Shown here: positions 36,041 through 50,300 of the stretch, piece after piece
Layout of the letters: each line of letters begins with the position of its first letter
Position numbering within the stretch: the first letter of the stretch is position 1
Source of the DNA: Azolla caroliniana
Taxonomy: Eukaryota > Plantae > Polypodiophyta
Assembly: GCA_043228905.1 (NCBI GenBank)
Contig: JBHGNT010000003.1
Span: 16,430,001-16,494,000, forward strand
DNA: 64,000 bases
Direction of reading: 5' to 3'
Notes under the pieces: generated by a model
Told to the model about the DNA's origin: nothing
What the model saw: the letters and a program-made list of their open reading frames with translations, nothing else
Databases searched by the model: none
Translations under genes and position numbers: made by a program

Positions 36041-37960
36041 ATTTCTAGTTTCATACCACATTTCTATCTATCTATCTAGTTTCATACCACATTATCATGT
36101 GCAAATCTATATAAATTCATATCACTTTGTCACAAGCAACACATCCCCACACCTTAACAATATTATGTTGCACATACCAATAAGCTCCAACCCCCGTGAA
36201 TTCCAATGAAACAAGTCTTCTTCGGAGGTGCTTGAGTTCTTAATAAAGCAATTTGTTTTTGTGATTATCGATGCATGCCATTTAGAGCCAAATGGGCATG
36301 TTGGTGGTATAGAGTTTTATGTACTACTACAATTTACAACCATTATTCTTACTAGTATTTATTAGTTTGTGCACCAATGAGACGAAAAGGGGGCTATCAA
36401 AAAAGGCCCAAAAAGAAACTACAATGAGTGTTCCATACCCATAATGTCTTCATTTTCAATGCTATAAAGCCACTCGTTTTGTGATTTATTGAGGCACACC
36501 ACCTTATGTAAAAAAGTGCATATTGGTGGTATAAAAGGTCTATGTACTATTGCAACGATGATTCTTACAAGTGTTAATTCGTTTGTGCACCAAATGGATG
36601 ACAAGGGGGAATATAAAAAATGTCCATGGAGAACCTAAAATGTGTGTCCCATTACCATAACATCATCCATTTCCAATTATTGCTTCTCTTGGTTCCAATA
36701 CCTGACTTAATTGTGTGAAGAAATCTTTTACAATGTTGTAAATTCGTTTCATGTGTGTTTGTGGCTTGTGTTCTTCCCTGATGTTTTCATTTTCTTGATC
36801 TTCTCTTCTTACAAATATGCCCCTATGTCATAGTCAAAAAACATGTTAATACTAAACAAGAAACAATTTGTTTTCCATCTCTTGTATAAGAGTAAGTTCA
36901 ATCTTCTTCTTTCTCTTGTTAGGCAAAACTTTATTTGTGAAATATGAAGTGGCTTTTATACACTTAAGGCGCCATCATCTACACAATACTTAATGTGTTA
37001 AACAATCATTGTTTGAGTATGATATAAGAGACCATAGATGTCCTCACTAATTACATTGAATAAATGGTTTCTTATATATTCACAAGCTTACCTTATTAAA
37101 CATTTGAAATTTGAAGATATAAATGTAACATTTGATTTGGAACCTTAAGTTTGGGGATCAAATCAAGACTCATTGATTTAACACAATTTTCTTTATAGAC
37201 GTTATTTCTTATTATGGTTAGTTTTAGATTATGCATGGTAACAATTGTTTGGTCATAAGCAATACATAACTTTAAGCATTCAATTTCTATAACTTGAGGA
37301 TTGAAACGTAGAATTGAGTAATAAAATATAATGTTAGCTAGCTAAAGATCATGTGGACATATAGATGCCTCTATGTTATCATGGCCATTACTTTTACTAA
37401 TATATAAAAGTTAATCGATGAAGAGCTATGGTAGGCCCCCAAGATCAACATTTAAGTAGTCAAGGATTGTGAGTCAGTAATTGCTTTCTCTCACGTGTAG
37501 CTTATTTCTAGCCATTAAGTATATATTTCACTCTCTCTTCTATTCCTTTTGATGTAATTTATTGTTCATATTTGAAAGTTCTATTTATGCATGGATCTTA
37601 CATCGACAAATAACATATTTTAGTTGATATCACATTTGGAAATATCTCCAAGAAATCAAAACGCATTACAAGTGTATGACCTAATTTTAGATATCGAACA
37701 AATATTTGTGCACCATTCTTTGGAAAAATAAATAAATTTGTGCACCATACACTAACAAGTTCGATAAAATGCATGACTATGAAAACATTGAGAAAATTTT
37801 AGTGCTCGCATTTGAGTGATCCACTAAGCACATCTCTCTGATCTAACACAATAAAAGTCTTTGTGACTTTTAATACTTCAATCACATATATTGTTTTCCA
37901 ATTTGGTCTATTATAAAGGTCCTATAGTTATAAAGGGTGTGGAGGGAGTATTGTGGCATG

Positions 37961-38007
<47 letters not shown>

Positions 38008-38699
38008 ATATTATACTCAATTTTCATTTAGAAAACTTATCCATGTGGTCCAATCAGGCAAACTCCAAATTTGTAAAGGAGCTTAGGAAAGTTCTAAAAT
38101 CTTTAAAAGCATTCAGCATAATAAGATATTCATATTGTTAGAAAGCTAAATGTATCTACCTCAATCTTGTAATGAATACAAATAAATCCACATTAGGGAG
38201 ATAAAATACAAAGAAATGGTTGCAAGATGTGCTTTTATAATTAGTTCATAACTCAAGTGTCGACTCCTCACCTATACTTGTTCATGGTCATCTTAATGAT
38301 ATTGACCTTTTCCATTTCGGGGACAACTTCTTGTATACTCTTACGAGAAAATTATTGGAAACATGATTAATACTCCAAAAGATAATTTTATTTGACCTTA
38401 GTGTGCCCTACATAGAAATCATTGTGTTTACGATCATTGATAAGAAGAGTCCTCTGAGCTCTCGACATATTGTTAACATGTAGCTCTCACCATATTGCTT
38501 GTTAACATATAGATATATATGTCAAACAAGAGTTTTCTTGCATAGTCCAATTATATGAATCAACACCATTTGCATGATTAAGGATATCATGTTCGTTTTT
38601 GTATTTCACTAGTTGATAACTTTGACCACAAGTCAACCTTAAAGAAGGAATCCAAAATTGAAAAGTAGACGGGCCAAGTGGCCAATTGGTATATATAGC

Positions 38700-38960
38700 T
38701 ATGGGTCCAGTTTGGTTGGCCTTAAAACCAAACCAACCCATTTACCGAACCAAACCATTTATAAATTATCATGTTGTTTAAACCGAACAGTTTAAACCAA
38801 GGCAATTAAGCCAAACCGATTAAAACGTAGGTGAAAGCAAACCATTTATGAAATATTTGGAACTAAACCGAACCAGTTTATCATAAATCAAAGCCAAACC
38901 AAACCATTCAATCCAAAATAAAAATGAAGCCCACCATTTAAACCCATAAACGAATAAAAC
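38700..38960. repeat. Cluster of AAACCG/AAACCA motifs resembling hAT subterminal repeats
   Basis: Repeated AAACCGAAC/AAACCAAACC motifs, similar to those inside the MITE at 39433. No TIR identified. Confidence 0.45.
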
Positions 38961-38979
38961 CATTAAGACATACACTAAT

Positions 38980-39630
38980 TTGTTAAACTCTAACATTGGA
39001 AAATTAAAGCAGGTATATATTGGTAAACGAGAAAATTAAAATGTCTTTCTTCTTGCAAAAAACCAGAAAATTAAGCCTAAACTAGATGTATATTGTTAAA
39101 CCAAAATATTACAATATCTAGAAAATTAAGCAAAATGTACATTGTTAAACCAGAAAATTAAAATGTCTTTCTCATTGAAAAAAAAACCAAAAAATTAAAC
39201 GAGACATATATTGTTAAACTAGAAAATTAAACTAGATGTATATTGTTAAACCAGAAAATTAAAATGTTTAGAAAATTAAGCAAAATGTACATTGCTAAAC
39301 CAGAAAATTAAAATGTCTTCCTCAATGAATAAAGAAACCAAAAACTTAACTGAGACATATTGTTAAACCAAAAAATTACAATGTCTTTCTAATTGCAAAA
39401 AAACCAAAAAATTAAAATGTCTTCCTCATTGATAGGGATCGGCAACGGCTCGGCTCAAGCCTAAACCGTTTGGCTTAGCCGGCTTGGCGGCTCGGTTTAG
39501 GCTTGAACTTGCCTTAACGGTTTGAGCTCGGCTCGGCTCGGCTTGAGCCTCGCCAAATCGGCTCAAGCCGGCTAAATTGTTTAAGCCGTTTATAAACTTT
39601 AGAGAGAGGGGGAGAGAGACAACAGACAAG

Positions 39631-39671
<41 letters not shown>

Positions 39672-40134
39672 AGACAACATATAAGGAGAGAGAGAGAGAG
39701 AGGGAGGGAGAGCTTGTACAATGTATAGTATATAGTATATAGTGGATCATCTGAGAGAGAGAGGGAGGTAGGGAGAGAGAGAAAGAGAGGGGGGGAGGTT
39801 TCTAAACCGGTTTCCAAGCTAGTTTGGAAACCGGTTTACAAGCCGTTTACCAAACTGGTTCAGGCTAAACCGGGTTGTGAACCGGCTCGGCTCGGCTCGG
39901 CTCAAGTTTGAGATCCCGTAAACGGTTTAGGCTTAGCCGGTTTGGCTTGGATCGGGCCAAACCGGCTAAGCCTAAACCGAACCGTTGCCGATCCCTACTC
40001 ATTGAATAAAGAAACCAAAAATTTAACTGAGACATATATTGTTAAACCAGAAAATTACAATGTCTTTCTAATTGCAAAAAAACCAGAAAATTAAACCAGA
40101 TGTATATTGTTAAACCAAAAAATTACAATGTCTA
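38980..40134. repeat. AT-rich minisatellite array, left part (subunits TATATTGTTAAACCAGAAAATTA / AATGTCTTTCTCATTG; ~150-bp higher-order period)
   Basis: Many visible copies; GCAAAATGTACATTG recurs at ~39130 and ~39280. Confidence 0.9.
39433..39997. mobile_element. Non-autonomous hAT-superfamily MITE (565 bp)
   Basis: Perfect 16-bp TIR TAGGGATCGGCAACGG/CCGTTGCCGATCCCTA and exact 8-bp TSD CTCATTGA (39425-39432, 39998-40005). Subterminal AAACCG/GGCTC repeats and a GA-rich core. Confidence 0.95.
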
Positions 40135-40550
40135 TAACTTCCTTCAATGGTGGAACAATACTAGTTAGACTTGGTGGCGAACAGAAGCGGAGCAATGGAG
40201 CAACAGAGCGGCCCGCCAGTGCAGGGTAGAGGTCTGTGGCGTGAGCACTTCAATAGGAGATCCGGAGCAGAGCAGGAGGTTTGAACCGCGCGAGTGAGCA
40301 ACGGAAACGGAGCCGGAGCAGGTTTGAACCGCGCCAGTGCAGGGAGGAGGTCTGTAGACGTGGGGCACGAAAGCCTCTCTCTACTCCTTGTAGACGACCC
40401 ATAGTTGGTGTCGTCACAACTTCCCTGCCACCGATGCTTCGCCCTCCTCATTTAGGGTTCTAGCCCCCCCCCCCCCCAAGTTCGACAAGTGAGAACCCAC
40501 CAACCACAGTTCGAGTAGTTTGGCCCCCACTCCCGTAAACCCCCCCCCCC

Positions 40551-43500
40551 ACAAGGTCATCAGTGAGGAAGAACAAACAACATCTGTGATGGTGAAGAAC
40601 CTGCGTATGCAAATGAACACAAGATACAAAGAGAGAAAGAGAGAGAGAGAGAGAGAGATAGGCACAAAGAAATACGATTTTATTCCTCAATAACAACAAC
40701 AACAACAACAGGTTACAAAATCACTTTATATAGTGACTATCCTAGGGCAACTACCCTTTATGCTATTTACAGAAATAGCCCAAACTTGGGTTGTCCAAAG
40801 GGACAGTGTGAATAAGGCCATTATACACTGGTATTCGACACTCCCCCGTAATAGGTGTATACATGGGTTATCTGAAATTACAGGTATATACAAGGTTTAT
40901 CAGACAGATCGGTTTTGTTCGAGTCGGCAAGATATGAAGATAGAAGACCGAACCGGTCGGGTCGGAAGAGCCAAAGCCGATCCTCAAAGAACTGATGTCG
41001 GTTGTCTGAAGCCATCCTGTGCTGTGTCCGACCTTAACCGGACTGATTTTTCGTTACGCCCATATGGTGCCGAAGGGACCGGAAGCGATCCGCCGAAAGA
41101 CACTTTGTCATTCCATCTACGACATTATCGGTTGTGGATATCTTCTCGAGACCGATTTTCCTTGAAATGACGTAGTCCCGAACAAAGTGATATCGAACGC
41201 CGATATGCTTGGAGGCGTTGTGGTGAATCGGATTCTTTAACAAAGCAACAACACCCATGACTGTCGTTGTAGACAATTGGAGCCGAGTCGGAGTCGACTT
41301 GTCGAAATGTGTGCGCCAGCCGACCGAGCCATAAGGCTTCTTTTGCCGTGTCAGACGCGGCTACATATTCTGCTTCGGTCGTTGAGGTGGCTGTGCACTC
41401 CTGGAGTTTCGACTTCCACGAGATTGCTCCATTGCCGAATTTGAAGCAATATCCGGTTGTTGATTTCCGATTGTCCACGTAGCCGGCGAAGTTCGAGTCG
41501 GTGTAACTGACTACGCCTGAGGTTGAGTTCGGGCCAAAAAGAATGCTGTGGTCTTTTGTGCCAGCTAGATATCTGAACAAATGCTTGACTCCATTCCAGT
41601 GCGATCGGCCTGGGTTGTGCATGAATCTGCTGACGACTCTACGACGTGAGAAATATCAGGCCGTGTCGTGACCATCGCGTACATAAAGGAGCCGACTGCC
41701 GGTGCATACAGTACCGACTTCATATCTTCCCCCTCCGGACCGGATGTCGGGCAATCTCGCCGAGATAGCCAAAGGTTAATGGGGAGCGAGGTCGAAACAG
41801 ACTTGGCCGAGTTCATGTTGAAGTGTTCCAAGACATGTCCGATGTAGTTGGTTTGAGATAGGAAAAGTTGTCGTTTATCGCGATGCCAACTAATCTTCAT
41901 ACCAAGTATGTGTCTTGTCGGACCAAGGTCCTTCATGGCAAACTTCAACTGCAGTTTCTGAACGAGTTCGGTGAGCTCTCCGGCATGTTGGCCGGAGAGT
42001 AGCATGTCGTCCAAATAAATGATGAGGAAGACAGGAGACCCATCTTCAACTGTTTTGGTGAAGAGACAGTGGTCCTCATCGCTCTTGGAGAAGCTGACCG
42101 ATTGGACAAAGTCGTCGAACTTCTTGTACCACTGTCGGGGTGCCTGTTTCAGGCCATATAAACTTTTCATGAGTCGGCAGACTAGATGTTCCTGACCGGA
42201 TGCCACAAAGCCTTTTGGCTGCTTCATATAGATTTCCTCCTGTAGGTCACCGTGGAGGAATGCCATTTTTACATCTAGTTGAATTAGCTCCAAGTTGTTG
42301 GCGGCCATGACGCCAAGCATGAAACGAAGGGTTGTCATTTTCACCAATGGTGAAAAGATTTCGTCGAAGTCGACGCCATATTCTTGTCGAAATCCCTTCG
42401 CCACTAATCTGGCCTTGTACTTTGGGTTGGTTGAGTCGGACGTCTCTTTTAGTCGATAGACCCATTTACACGGAAGAGCACGTCGATTCGTCGGTAATTC
42501 AACCAAGTCCCAAGTCTTGTTTGCGCGAATGGAGTGCATTTTCGACTCCATCACTAGATGCCAGGTGGTTGAGTCGGCAGATGCCGATGCTTCTTCGTAA
42601 GACGTCGGTTCGCCGGCGTCGGTAAAGAAAATTCCGGGAGAGTAACTTTTCGGAGGTTGCTACAATCTCTCGGATCTTTGAGGTATGACTAGACTGGTCA
42701 CATCGGGTGTGCGTGTCGGATGGTCGGAAGCCGAGCCACTCGGCCGTGCTGAATTGTTGGATTCAGGACGGGAGGTGTCGGTTACCCATGAAACCGATCT
42801 CGTGTTGTGGGCTAGGCCTTCATGAAGGGTTGGCACTTCGGAAAATATTACCCGTCGGACTTCAATAAGCCTTTCGGCCGTTTTATGCATAGCCGACTCG
42901 TTGAACACGATGTCCGAACTTCGAACGATTTGTCTGTGCTCGAGGTCCCAGAGTTGGTATCCGATCTCGCCGTCGGGTCCATATCCAAGGAAAAGGCATT
43001 TCCTTGATCTTGGTTCGAGTTTCCGGCAGTCGTCTTTCGGTATGAGGGCATACGCCTCACAGCCGAAGATCCTCAGCTTGTCATAACTCGGCTTACTACT
43101 GGTCCATATTTCCTGAGGTATTTTAAGTCCTAGAGTTCTACTTGGCAACATATTGATTATGTGTACTGCCATAAGTAGAGCCTCTGCCCATAAGCCATTC
43201 GACAGTTCGGAGTGTTGGAGCATGGATACTACGCATTCTTGAATCGTCCGATTCATGCGTTATGCAATTTCGTTCTACTCCGGACTATAAGGTGCTGTAA
43301 ATTCACGTCGAATGCCGCGTCCCTGGCAAAATTTGACGAATTCTTCAAACTTGAATTCTCCTCCGTTGTCGGTTCAGAGACATTTCAGTTGTTGACCGGT
43401 TTGGTTTTCGACCATTGCAAGCCATTCGGAGAAGATTGAGAACACCCGATCTTTGGTTCTAATGGGGTAAGCCCACACCTTTCGAGTCGAGTCGTCAATG

Positions 43501-46025
43501 TAACTAACGAAGTACGAAGCACCGCCGAGAGACTGATGTGGCATCGGGCCACAGACGTCCAAGTGGACCAAATCGAGGGGACTCGATTCTCTTGGTGCTG
43601 ATATCGGGTGTGATGCAGCTACCTATTTGCCGTACTAGTAATGCTTGCAAAATTGGTGATTTGAGAAGGAGAGTTTCGGGATGTAACTGGCTTTGGATAG
43701 GTGCGTTATGCCGGCCTTGCTGAGGTGTCCAAGTCATCTGTGCCATAACGATGACACGGGGATATCAACCAAAAATAAGTCACCCTCTTTGAGTGTGACA
43801 TATAAAGGATACAAGGAATGTACCTTTGGTCCTCGAGCAATCAGGAGGTTCACTTTGTGGAGTGTCCACCCTCCTGATGAGAACCCGGCACAGATGCCGG
43901 CTTCGTCAAGTTGTCCGACTAAGATCAAGGGTCTTGAAAGCTCAGGAACGTGTCGGACGTTGTGTAATATGAGTGTAGAGCCACCCGAAAGGTTGAGCTC
44001 TACGGTGCCGATTCCGATTATAGCACAATGTTGCGAGTTTCCGACTCGAACTGAGTCGGAGTGCCGGTCCGAGTATTGCCGATACTGAGATTGGTGAGGT
44101 GTTACATGATACGATGTGCCCGAGACTAGGAGCCATGTGCTCGATTCCTCAGTCGTAAGCAGAACTTTTGATTCGACTGGGTTCTCTACGGACAATATGT
44201 ACAGGTCGGTCGTCAAAATTTCGGCTGAAGAGCCGACGTAGTTGACCTCCTCATGCTGGCTACTCTTCTAATCCGCTCTGTGAGCTTTGTCAGTTTTTGC
44301 TTTGAGTACTCGACAATCGGCTTTGATGTGTCCCGGTTTCTTGCAGTAGTTGCAGATTCGGTTGTCCTGGGACTTGCTCCGACTTCGCTGATTGTTCGGC
44401 AGTCGGGAAGAACTTCTTCCCCGGTTGTTCGATCGGTCGGTCGAACCTTGTACTACGTAAGCTTCATCTGCCGGGTCTTTGGCGAAAGACTTTCTCCAAG
44501 CTGCTTTAGTCAGGATTGCGCTCGTGACTTTGGAGTACTTAACGGTAGTCGTTGAAGTATTGCACACGATTGTTACGAAAGTTTCCCATGAAGAGGGGAG
44601 GCTACTCATGAATATCATTGCTCTAAGTTCATCCTTGATTGCTCTCCCTAGAGACGAGATTTGGGAGCTTATGCTTTCGTACTCGTGAGGTGTGCCTAAA
44701 CCGAATCAGATTCTTTCATCCGCAAGTTGTAGAGGCACCGGATCAGATACATCTTCGTTGCGGCGACCTTCTTTTCATAAGTTTCCGACAGTGTTTTCCA
44801 AAGTTCAAAAGTTGTCGTGCATGATTGCACTGTGAAGTACACTGACTCTGACAAGTGCATCCGAATCATGGCGCGGACGATTTTGTCCAGCTTTAGCCAC
44901 TCGTTTGCCTTGTATGCTTATGGAGGATTTTCATTCTCAATCGGGTTTATCTGACCCTTGACTATGAGATAGTCCTGCATTTATTCCTTCTAGAAGTTGA
45001 AGTTCGAACCATCAAACCTCCTTAGACTCATCTCCGATGAGCTGGATGTTGATGCTATCTGCTTCAGTTTCGGTTGGTAAGACTCGGTTCAGAGTTGATT
45101 ACGAACCTTAGTGGGGTGCAGCCAGTCGGCTCACTTGATATCATTCTAGTTGGTTTCGAACCCGAGTCGGTTTGGTTTCGGATACTTGTTGCTGAACTTG
45201 CTCGGAGTGACTACGGTAACTTGAGGGACAGAACCGGCTGGTCTTCCCGAATGTTGCCGAGTCGGAGTGAGCCCGGTTAGCTTCCGATTTTATACCGAAT
45301 ACCGATTACAAGAGACCGATTGTTTGGGCCGATTCTGCTTCAGGTGACTGCAACGATGAGAGGGACGGATCCAACTGATCCTCTCGAATGACGATCAGTT
45401 GAATGAAGCACGAATTTGGTTGTTGCCAGGAGACCAATCTGTAGTGGGTGGTTACAACAAGCGAGTGAATAGCATCCAATGACCTATTCGGATATCGTTT
45501 AACTGAATGAAGCACGATTGGGTCGAGTGTTGCACAAGGAGCTCATCTCAAGTGGTTACAATCACAGGAACAGAGTATAGCCGGCTAGCTTACTCCAATT
45601 AGTGATTTAACACAGTGAGATGCAGACTTCTTGTTTTTCTTCTCTCTTCTTTGTTCTTCAAGAAGTTACAAAAAATAGAATGTTGTGGTGTACGAGGACG
45701 GCCGGCAACGGGTTGAAGAACCTCCAATGCTCTGATACCATATGTTGGGGACAAGGTCGTCAGTGAGGAAGAACAAACAACATCTGTGATGGTGAAGAAC
45801 CTGCGTATGCGAATGAACACAAGATACTCATAGAGAGAGAGAGTGATAGGCACAAAGAAATACGATTTTATTCCTCAATAGCAACAACAACAACAGGTTA
45901 CAAAGTCACTTTATATAGTGACTATCCTAGGGCAACTGCTCTTTATGCTATTTATAGAAATAGCCCAAACTTGGGCTGTCCAAAGGGACAGTGTGAATAC
46001 GGCCATTATACACTGGTATTCGACA
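40551..46025 (-). mobile_element. Ty1/copia element E, full length but decayed; short LTRs 46025-45743 and 40840-40551
   Basis: PBS TGGTATCAGAGC 45740-45729 and PPT GGGGGAG 40847-40841. Gag knuckle CNYCKKPGHIKADC, integrase, KLEPRSRKC, RT YKARLVAKG/YLDDML, RNase H STTEAEY...DGMTKCL. Confidence 0.94.
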
Positions 46026-47378
46026 AGGACACCATAGGAAATCAGAAGCCTCCCCCACCACGCCCTGATAAGGCTGTGATGGAATGGCGAGTGGTGGGGA
46101 AATCCCATGTCCTATGCGAAACTCCACAGTCACAAAATCCTCCATCGCCAGTGAGCCCCAATCGTTTTGATCTACAACAAGAGCCCCCCCCCCCCCCCCC
46201 GCAGATGAGCACTCCCCTAGTGCTTTCTTAAGCCCCAAGGAAAGACCCAAGGTGACTCCAAACACAGAAGAGAAAATTCTCGTTAAAGCTTACAAAATAG
46301 GGAAGCGACGAAGGATAAGTCATGTTAAGACCCTAATGTGGAGCTTTAATGGAACTGCACCCAATGGAGAAACAACAAACCAAGGTAGTAGTTTGAATAT
46401 CACGCCTCAGATCATAGCCTTCCTAGCCACAAATGAGTGTGATACATCTAGCTAGGACCTTGAACCACACCTGCAAAATGACCTGAAGTGGCTAGGTATA
46501 GGGCATATGACAATGGACAAAATAAGGGTACATGTATCAACGGTACACAAGAATGGAGTACTGATGACCTCAATTTCTTTTCCACTCTTGCTTCCGGCAC
46601 AAGAGGACTAGTCCAAGTCCAAGATCAAAGATACTCTATGCAGTCAAGCAGCCTGTTTTGTCACAAAAATAAGAGATGAAGCCCTCATGAACGAACTAAA
46701 GAAGCATTGGAATAACACAGAATTCTGGTGCACCATGGTGACTGAATGTCTAAATGGTGAGTGCTCCTCACTCACGACCTGTTGTGCAAAGCACTAGGAA
46801 TAATTGGCAAACTCCCACCCCATTCCATGAGTATGAAGATTGTAACATGGAACATGCAAAGGCTTAGAAGTCGACTAGACCAACAAAACAAATGGAAACT
46901 GAGAAGGGATCTTGAAGAATATTTATTAGGGAGTGTTGCTGACATCATCATGTTGTAGGAACACCACCTCGATAACACACAATTAAAGGAAATTGGAGAC
47001 TTTCTACCAGGATCATGGCGAACAATTTGGGAGCCAGCAATAGGGGAGGATGGAAATCATGGTGGTATTTGCACTTTGATTCCGGAACATCTAGCCCAAG
47101 GCTTAATACACCAGGAATCACTTATACTTGGTAGGGCACATTTTTGCACGTTGGCCATCCAAGGGCAACGCTAGAATTTCATGAATGTTTATGCTCCAAA
47201 TAGTAGAACAGAAAGGGAAACATTCTGGGACTGCATCTGCCTACAAGTAGCGGGTGTGGAAGAGTGGTGCATTGGAGGGGATTTTAATATGATCGAATCC
47301 ATTCACAATAGCTCCAACAACAAACCCATAGTTCTACAAGGAAGGGAACGTAAACAATGGGAGAAGCTATGTGTATAC

Positions 47379-50300
47379 TGTTGAGAATCAAGCTCAACAT
47401 AGCACAACGTGTGAACACACCTTTTGAGAATCTATGATTACTCAAAGGTCAAGAGTCACACCACTACTCTCTACACATTAACTATGTGTCATAGAATCAT
47501 ATTCTATGACACATAACTAATGAGTTACATATTCCCCATGACTATGAGTCTTCACATTCCCCAAGAGAGAGAGTGGTTGTTGTAAAGTTAATGAAGAGAG
47601 AGGGTGACTCTATATAAAGCACCCTCCTCATACATCATACCAAGTCGGTTGTGACTCCTTGTAATGCCACATTTTTCATTTATGATATTTTCCTTGTTAA
47701 TATACATCTCCTTCTTCTTGAGTACTTCATTTTTTGTCTCATATCCATCTTGTGTTTCTCTCCTCTCCTCTTTCCTCTCACACATATACATAACACACAT
47801 CTCTTCCGCTACACAAGAATCACCATTGATTCTTTACATGGTATCAGAGCGATTTGATAGCTCGATCTAGCCCACTCACCTCATCGTGATCATGTGTTGT
47901 GCTCTACGCCGAGGTTCAAGAAGAACCGGCTCATCGCTATCGTAGTGCGACTACATAGCTCGTGTTCGAGAGAAACGGAAAAGAAAAGAAGGAAGAAATC
48001 TACATCGACAATGAATACTCAAATGGGGAGTGCTCTCCCTAGCGAGAAGTTGGATCACAACAACTTTGCATCTTGGGAGTACAAGATGCACCAATACCTT
48101 GTCAGCCAAGGCTATTGGAGCTACATCAAAGGAGTACAAGAAAATCGGCCCAAACCTGAAGACGCTGACTATGCAACGTGGGAGCAAGCGGCAAGCCGAG
48201 TGATATATTGCTTGGCGAGATGTGTTCATGACCACATGCTCGGGTACATTTGAGAAGCCAAGATGCCGAAGGAAGCGTGGGAGAATCTACGAAAGATTTT
48301 CGCCGCCAACATTACCGCGAGAAAGCTTCAACTCCGCCAAGAGTTAAATAATATCCAACAAAGGGATATGTCCATCATGAGCTACACCTTGAAGATCAAG
48401 GAGATTTGTGATTCGATCGGCTCGATAAGCGTAAACGTGGAGGATGACGAGATGGTACAAATATGTCTCGGCGGCCTTGCACCATGGTTTGGTGCGATGC
48501 GGACCGCCGTACTAGCATGGGAGAATCCGCCCTCCTTCTTTGATCTTCAATCCATGTTGTTGGTCGAAGAAAACCATGTTCGAACAAGGAGTAATGGCTC
48601 GGAAGGCCAAATGCTCTACACACACTTGGACGGAGGAAGAGGACGCGGCCGTGCAAGAAGAGGCCGATTCAGCTAAGGATGAGGCGGATGAGGCGGATGA
48701 GGCTCAGGTTACGAAAACAACTCTCAATTACAGCAACAAGATGGAGGCCATCGGGGAACCTTCGGAAGAAGGGGGAACCACCATTCCGGTCTGAGCCCAC
48801 AAACCTCAATCGAATGCGGATATTGCGGGAAAGTCAGCCACCGCGAAGAAGAGTGCCGAAAGAAGATGCGTGAGTCGGCGTCCACAAGACGACAACTCAC
48901 GAATTACGCCAACAACTCCGAGTACGACGATTACGGCGGACTATTCGTGATGAGACATAGAGCAAACTCTATGTCGGCTTCTACATCAACTAATGCCTTT
49001 GGTCCGGAAGACGTATGGTTTGTCGACTCCGGTGCTTCGAACCTTATGACGTCCCATCAAGAGTGGTTCCGAGACTTGCAAGAGCCGGATCGACCCGGTT
49101 ATGTCAAGATTGGAGACGATACCACTCATCCGATTCGGCATGTCGGGAATGTCCCATTCTGGAAAGATGGCGAACAAACTTGCATCAAAAATGTATTACA
49201 TGTACCCACCATAACGAAGAATTTGGTCTCGGTCGGCCAAATTGTGGAGCAAGGGATGCAAGTTCGATTCAACCAAGGTGGTTGCTTCATCGAGAAGGAA
49301 GGCCGACTCATCGCTCGGGGTCGAAAGGAAGGTCAGATGTTTATCCTCGAGTCAAACAAGGTGAAATCGGCCATGTACGCAAAGGGCCTCAAACCCGACA
49401 CCGACATAGAGCTATGGCACAAGCTGATTGGCCATATCAATCTTCAAAAGCTCAAGGCAATGCAATCGAAAGGAGTCGTCATCGGACTCCTGACCTTCAA
49501 AGAGAGAGAGATTGAAGGTGTATGTGCGGCTTGCCAATTCGGCAAGCAACATCGGCATCCATTTCCGAAGGAGAGGAATGTAAGCAAAGGCGTATTCAAC
49601 TTAATTCATTCCAATGTATGGGGACCGGCTCAAATGGCGACATTCGACGGATGCCGATATTATGTAACCTTCATCGACGACTTCTCTAGGCACACTTGGA
49701 TCTACCCGATGCGGCAAAAGAGCGAACTGTTCGGACACTTCCAAAAATTCAAGAGTGGACTCGAAAAAGCTACGAGTTGACACGTATAGTGCCTTCGATC
49801 GGATGGAAGCAAGGAATATTTCTCGGATGAGTTTATGACGTATCTACGGAAAGAAGGAATTCGGCGAGAGTTTTTGTGTCGACATACACCACAACAAAAC
49901 GGAGTGGCCGAACGAAAGAATCGGCACATCCTCGAAGTAGCACGGGCCATGGTGAACGAAAAGCCGGATCTATCACACGTTCGGATATTCGGCTCCATTG
50001 TGTATGTGCACATCCCCGATGAAAAGTGACAAAAGCTCAACCCGAAGTTGGAGAAATGTATCATCATTGGATACTCATTGGAGCAAAAGGGGTACAAGTG
50101 CTACAACCCCTCAACTCGAGAAGTTCGCGTAAGTCGAGACGTCGTTTTTTACTAGTTCGCATCCTGGTACGCACCAGAGACAACTTTGACTCCGATTCCG
50201 CTCGACCTGGAATCCGCTGAACAAGAGATAGAGGATGAAGATCTCCTTACATGCATGTTCGAAGAAAGTCTGATCACGACCCAACTGAGCGGACCACAAG

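Noticed and set aside
38980-40134. CRISPR-like or iteron-like array
   Set aside because: Eukaryotic context, degenerate AT-rich subunits and no unique spacers; it is a minisatellite.
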